Shown: piece by piece, positions 48,870 through 50,786 of the stretch
Layout: each line of letters begins with the position of its first letter
Position numbering within the stretch: the stretch's first letter is position 1
Origin: Girardia tigrina
Taxonomy: Eukaryota
Reading direction: 5' to 3'
Length of the DNA: 50,786 nucleotides
NCBI GenBank assembly: GCA_001938485.1
Contig: MQRK01245702.1
Location: 1-50,786 of the forward strand
Position numbers and translations under genes: made by a program
The notes under the pieces: model-generated
The model's input: only the letters and a program-made list of their open reading frames with translations
What the model was told of the DNA's origin: nothing
Database searches by the model: none

Positions 48870-49270
48870 TGGAGTATGATATATCCTAAACATTGAAAGC
48901 ATAATCCGACGTCACAATCTGGGCAACAGTATCGTCTTTCTATGCGGATCTGTTTTGCATCATTATCTTTTTTTTATAACAGCCCACTTTGCATTGTCTT
49001 GTTGGTCGCTACTTTTTTTCTGTTGGTGGAATACCCTCAATGAATAACTTCCTACTAAACGTAGAGATGATTATGATGATGGACGCTCTGGTTGTTTTTT
49101 TCTCAACATCGTATTTTTCTACAATATCACTTATCAAATCGAGCCCAAATTGCAGGTGAGTTTTAGTACCGTCTTCATTTGTACACAAAACAAAGGATTT
49201 ACACATTGTTTGACCCAAGAGATACACCAAAATCGAATGAAACTGATAGAAAACACACTTGAATGGGAAA
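48870..49270 (-). mobile_element. piggyBac transposase C-terminal remnant
   Basis: YLLGQTMCKSFVL...HLQFGLDL...FIEGIPPTEKK*RPTRQCKV.C...R.ERRYCCPDCDVGLCFQC; same family pattern as 8013-8446. Confidence 0.75.
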
Positions 49271-50669
49271 CATGCAAAGCGCAATTGACTCGACAAATCA
49301 CACGCCGCCCGAGTGAATCTCGGGTAATATTGTTGAGTGGTTATTTGAATGACCATTTAACAAATAACAAGATTTGGCCAAATTGATTAATAAGAAATTA
49401 TGAGGTTCTTGCAAAAGTAATTACTGATTTGTTAAAGAAAAAACTATTTATTAAAAAAATTCAATTATCAAAGTAATAGTCTTCAAAGTAATCACAGCTA
49501 TTATATTTGGCCCTTTGTCATTGAGTGACCATTTCTAACAAAAAATCAAACCACGTTAAAATATTCACAAATTTAAATATTATTTAAATGTAATTGGAAT
49601 TTCTTTTATTTCTTTGTGGTCGCAAATTTATTTATTAATTACAAAATTATAATTCCCAGAAGTTTTTTTCACAAAGAATATCGGGATCAATCGACCCAAG
49701 AATTTTCCCACTTGAAATTATAAATATGTATATAAAAAAACGAAAAACAATTGTTTTAATCGTCCAACGGAAATAAGTTGGGTGGCACAAATTCAAAAAC
49801 AATTTAGACATTTTTTTAACCGAGAGCAAAGTGTCGAAAAGTCGATTAAATTAATCTGTTTTGCTCAATAAATTGTATACCTGATTTTATGCTTTTCTCT
49901 TCTTTTTTGCATGTGGGAACCTCCATGGGAACTCCCACTTCAGTCATCGTAATAGTAAATAAAGAATTTCATCTCTATATATAGGAGTTGATTAAATTCA
50001 AAAAAAACTGATCGAGATGATTTTTAGACCTTCATTATTTGCGAACTCCTGTACTAATAACAGCGGAAAAGGGATTTATATAAAAGATTGAAAGAGGATA
50101 TGTATTGAAATAAGATGTATGTGTGATTGGAGAAAAGAGAGGGGCAGTTTTGTCGAAGTTTGCTGAGGCAGCATGTACCGACAAAAGTTAAAATATATTC
50201 TAATTTTTTTCTGTTTGACGTACTTTTCGAATAAATGAAATATAGAGAAAGTAGTTTAACTGTTCTTAAGTAAGTTAGAAGGTTTAAAAGTCATTTCAAA
50301 GTTTTAAAGTATAAAAAGAGTGTTTAAAAGTTATTTAGAATAGTCAAAAAGAATGTTTTATAGTGTAAAATACAAGGTTATCATATACGCTAACATGGTT
50401 TTTTAAAAGAAGGTTTAAATTATAATAAGATATTTAAGTGTAAATTGAAGGATTGAAAGTATGACTTGGAGTATTTAAAAGTCACTTAGAAGTTTTAAAA
50501 GCATAAATAGAAGTTTTCAAAGTCAAAAAGAAGGTTTTAAAGCATAAATAGGAGGTTTTATATTATAATTACATTGTTATCATATATGCTAACATGATTT
50601 TTTAAAAGGTTTTTATTTGAGAAAAAATGGTCGGAAATTTATTTAATATTTTTTTAGTGCTTAGGATAA

Positions 50670-50786
50670 TTTTTACCACGTTTTTATTAGCTTGCTTTCT
50701 TGTCTGTTTGTCTGTTTGTCTGTCTGGAACAAATCTTGCGATTGATTTTTCGACCACTTTCAGTCATCCAATTCAGCTGAATTTTT
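50670..50786 (+). repeat. (TGTC/TGTT)n microsatellite in a possible Helentron/DINE-like element start
   Basis: tttttaccacg...tgtctgtttgtctgtttgtctgtctg; runs off the window end. Confidence 0.3.

Noticed and set aside
49647-49975. Possible first ASPP exons (MTEVGVPMEVPTCKKEEKSIKS, donor ~49880)
   Set aside because: The phase-1 donor does not match the phase-2 acceptor at 48056, no bridging exon was established, and there is no resemblance to the ASPP ubiquitin-like N-terminus.

Overview
Very AT-rich, gapped draft assembly of a eukaryotic genome, almost certainly an invertebrate animal. The 46-49 bp introns, ASPP/WBP4 genes and Penelope/mariner/piggyBac-rich repeats would fit a triclad flatworm, but the taxon is only an inference. 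Two host genes can be spliced together with phase-compatible GT-AG introns. One is WBP4/FBP21 (+, 5960-11115; U1-type Zn finger plus one WW domain). The other is an ASPP-family ankyrin+SH3 gene (-, at least six exons from 48056 to 34331; 5' end not resolved). Two small gap-bounded pieces near 21.1-21.6 kb carry the N-terminus of TCP1/CCT1 and an internal piece of XPF/ERCC4. There are also candidate orphan spliced genes on the - strand (19.1-20.3 kb and 0.4-1.3 kb). Almost everything else is decayed and heavily nested transposons: Tc1/mariner (DD34E, DD34D, rosa-like DD40D), pogo, hAT, PIF/Harbinger, piggyBac, Mutator-like, Helitron, a solo LTR, and several Penelope-like elements (PLEs) whose 3' ends carry minimal hammerhead-ribozyme motifs. 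I found no intact autonomous element and no convincing wholly new system. The best leads are the orphan spliced gene, the hammerhead-bearing Penelope insertion with a provable empty site, the divergent PP1-docking and SH3 motifs of ASPP, and the GC-rich single-WW exon of WBP4. All family assignments come from motif recognition by eye; no database search was run.
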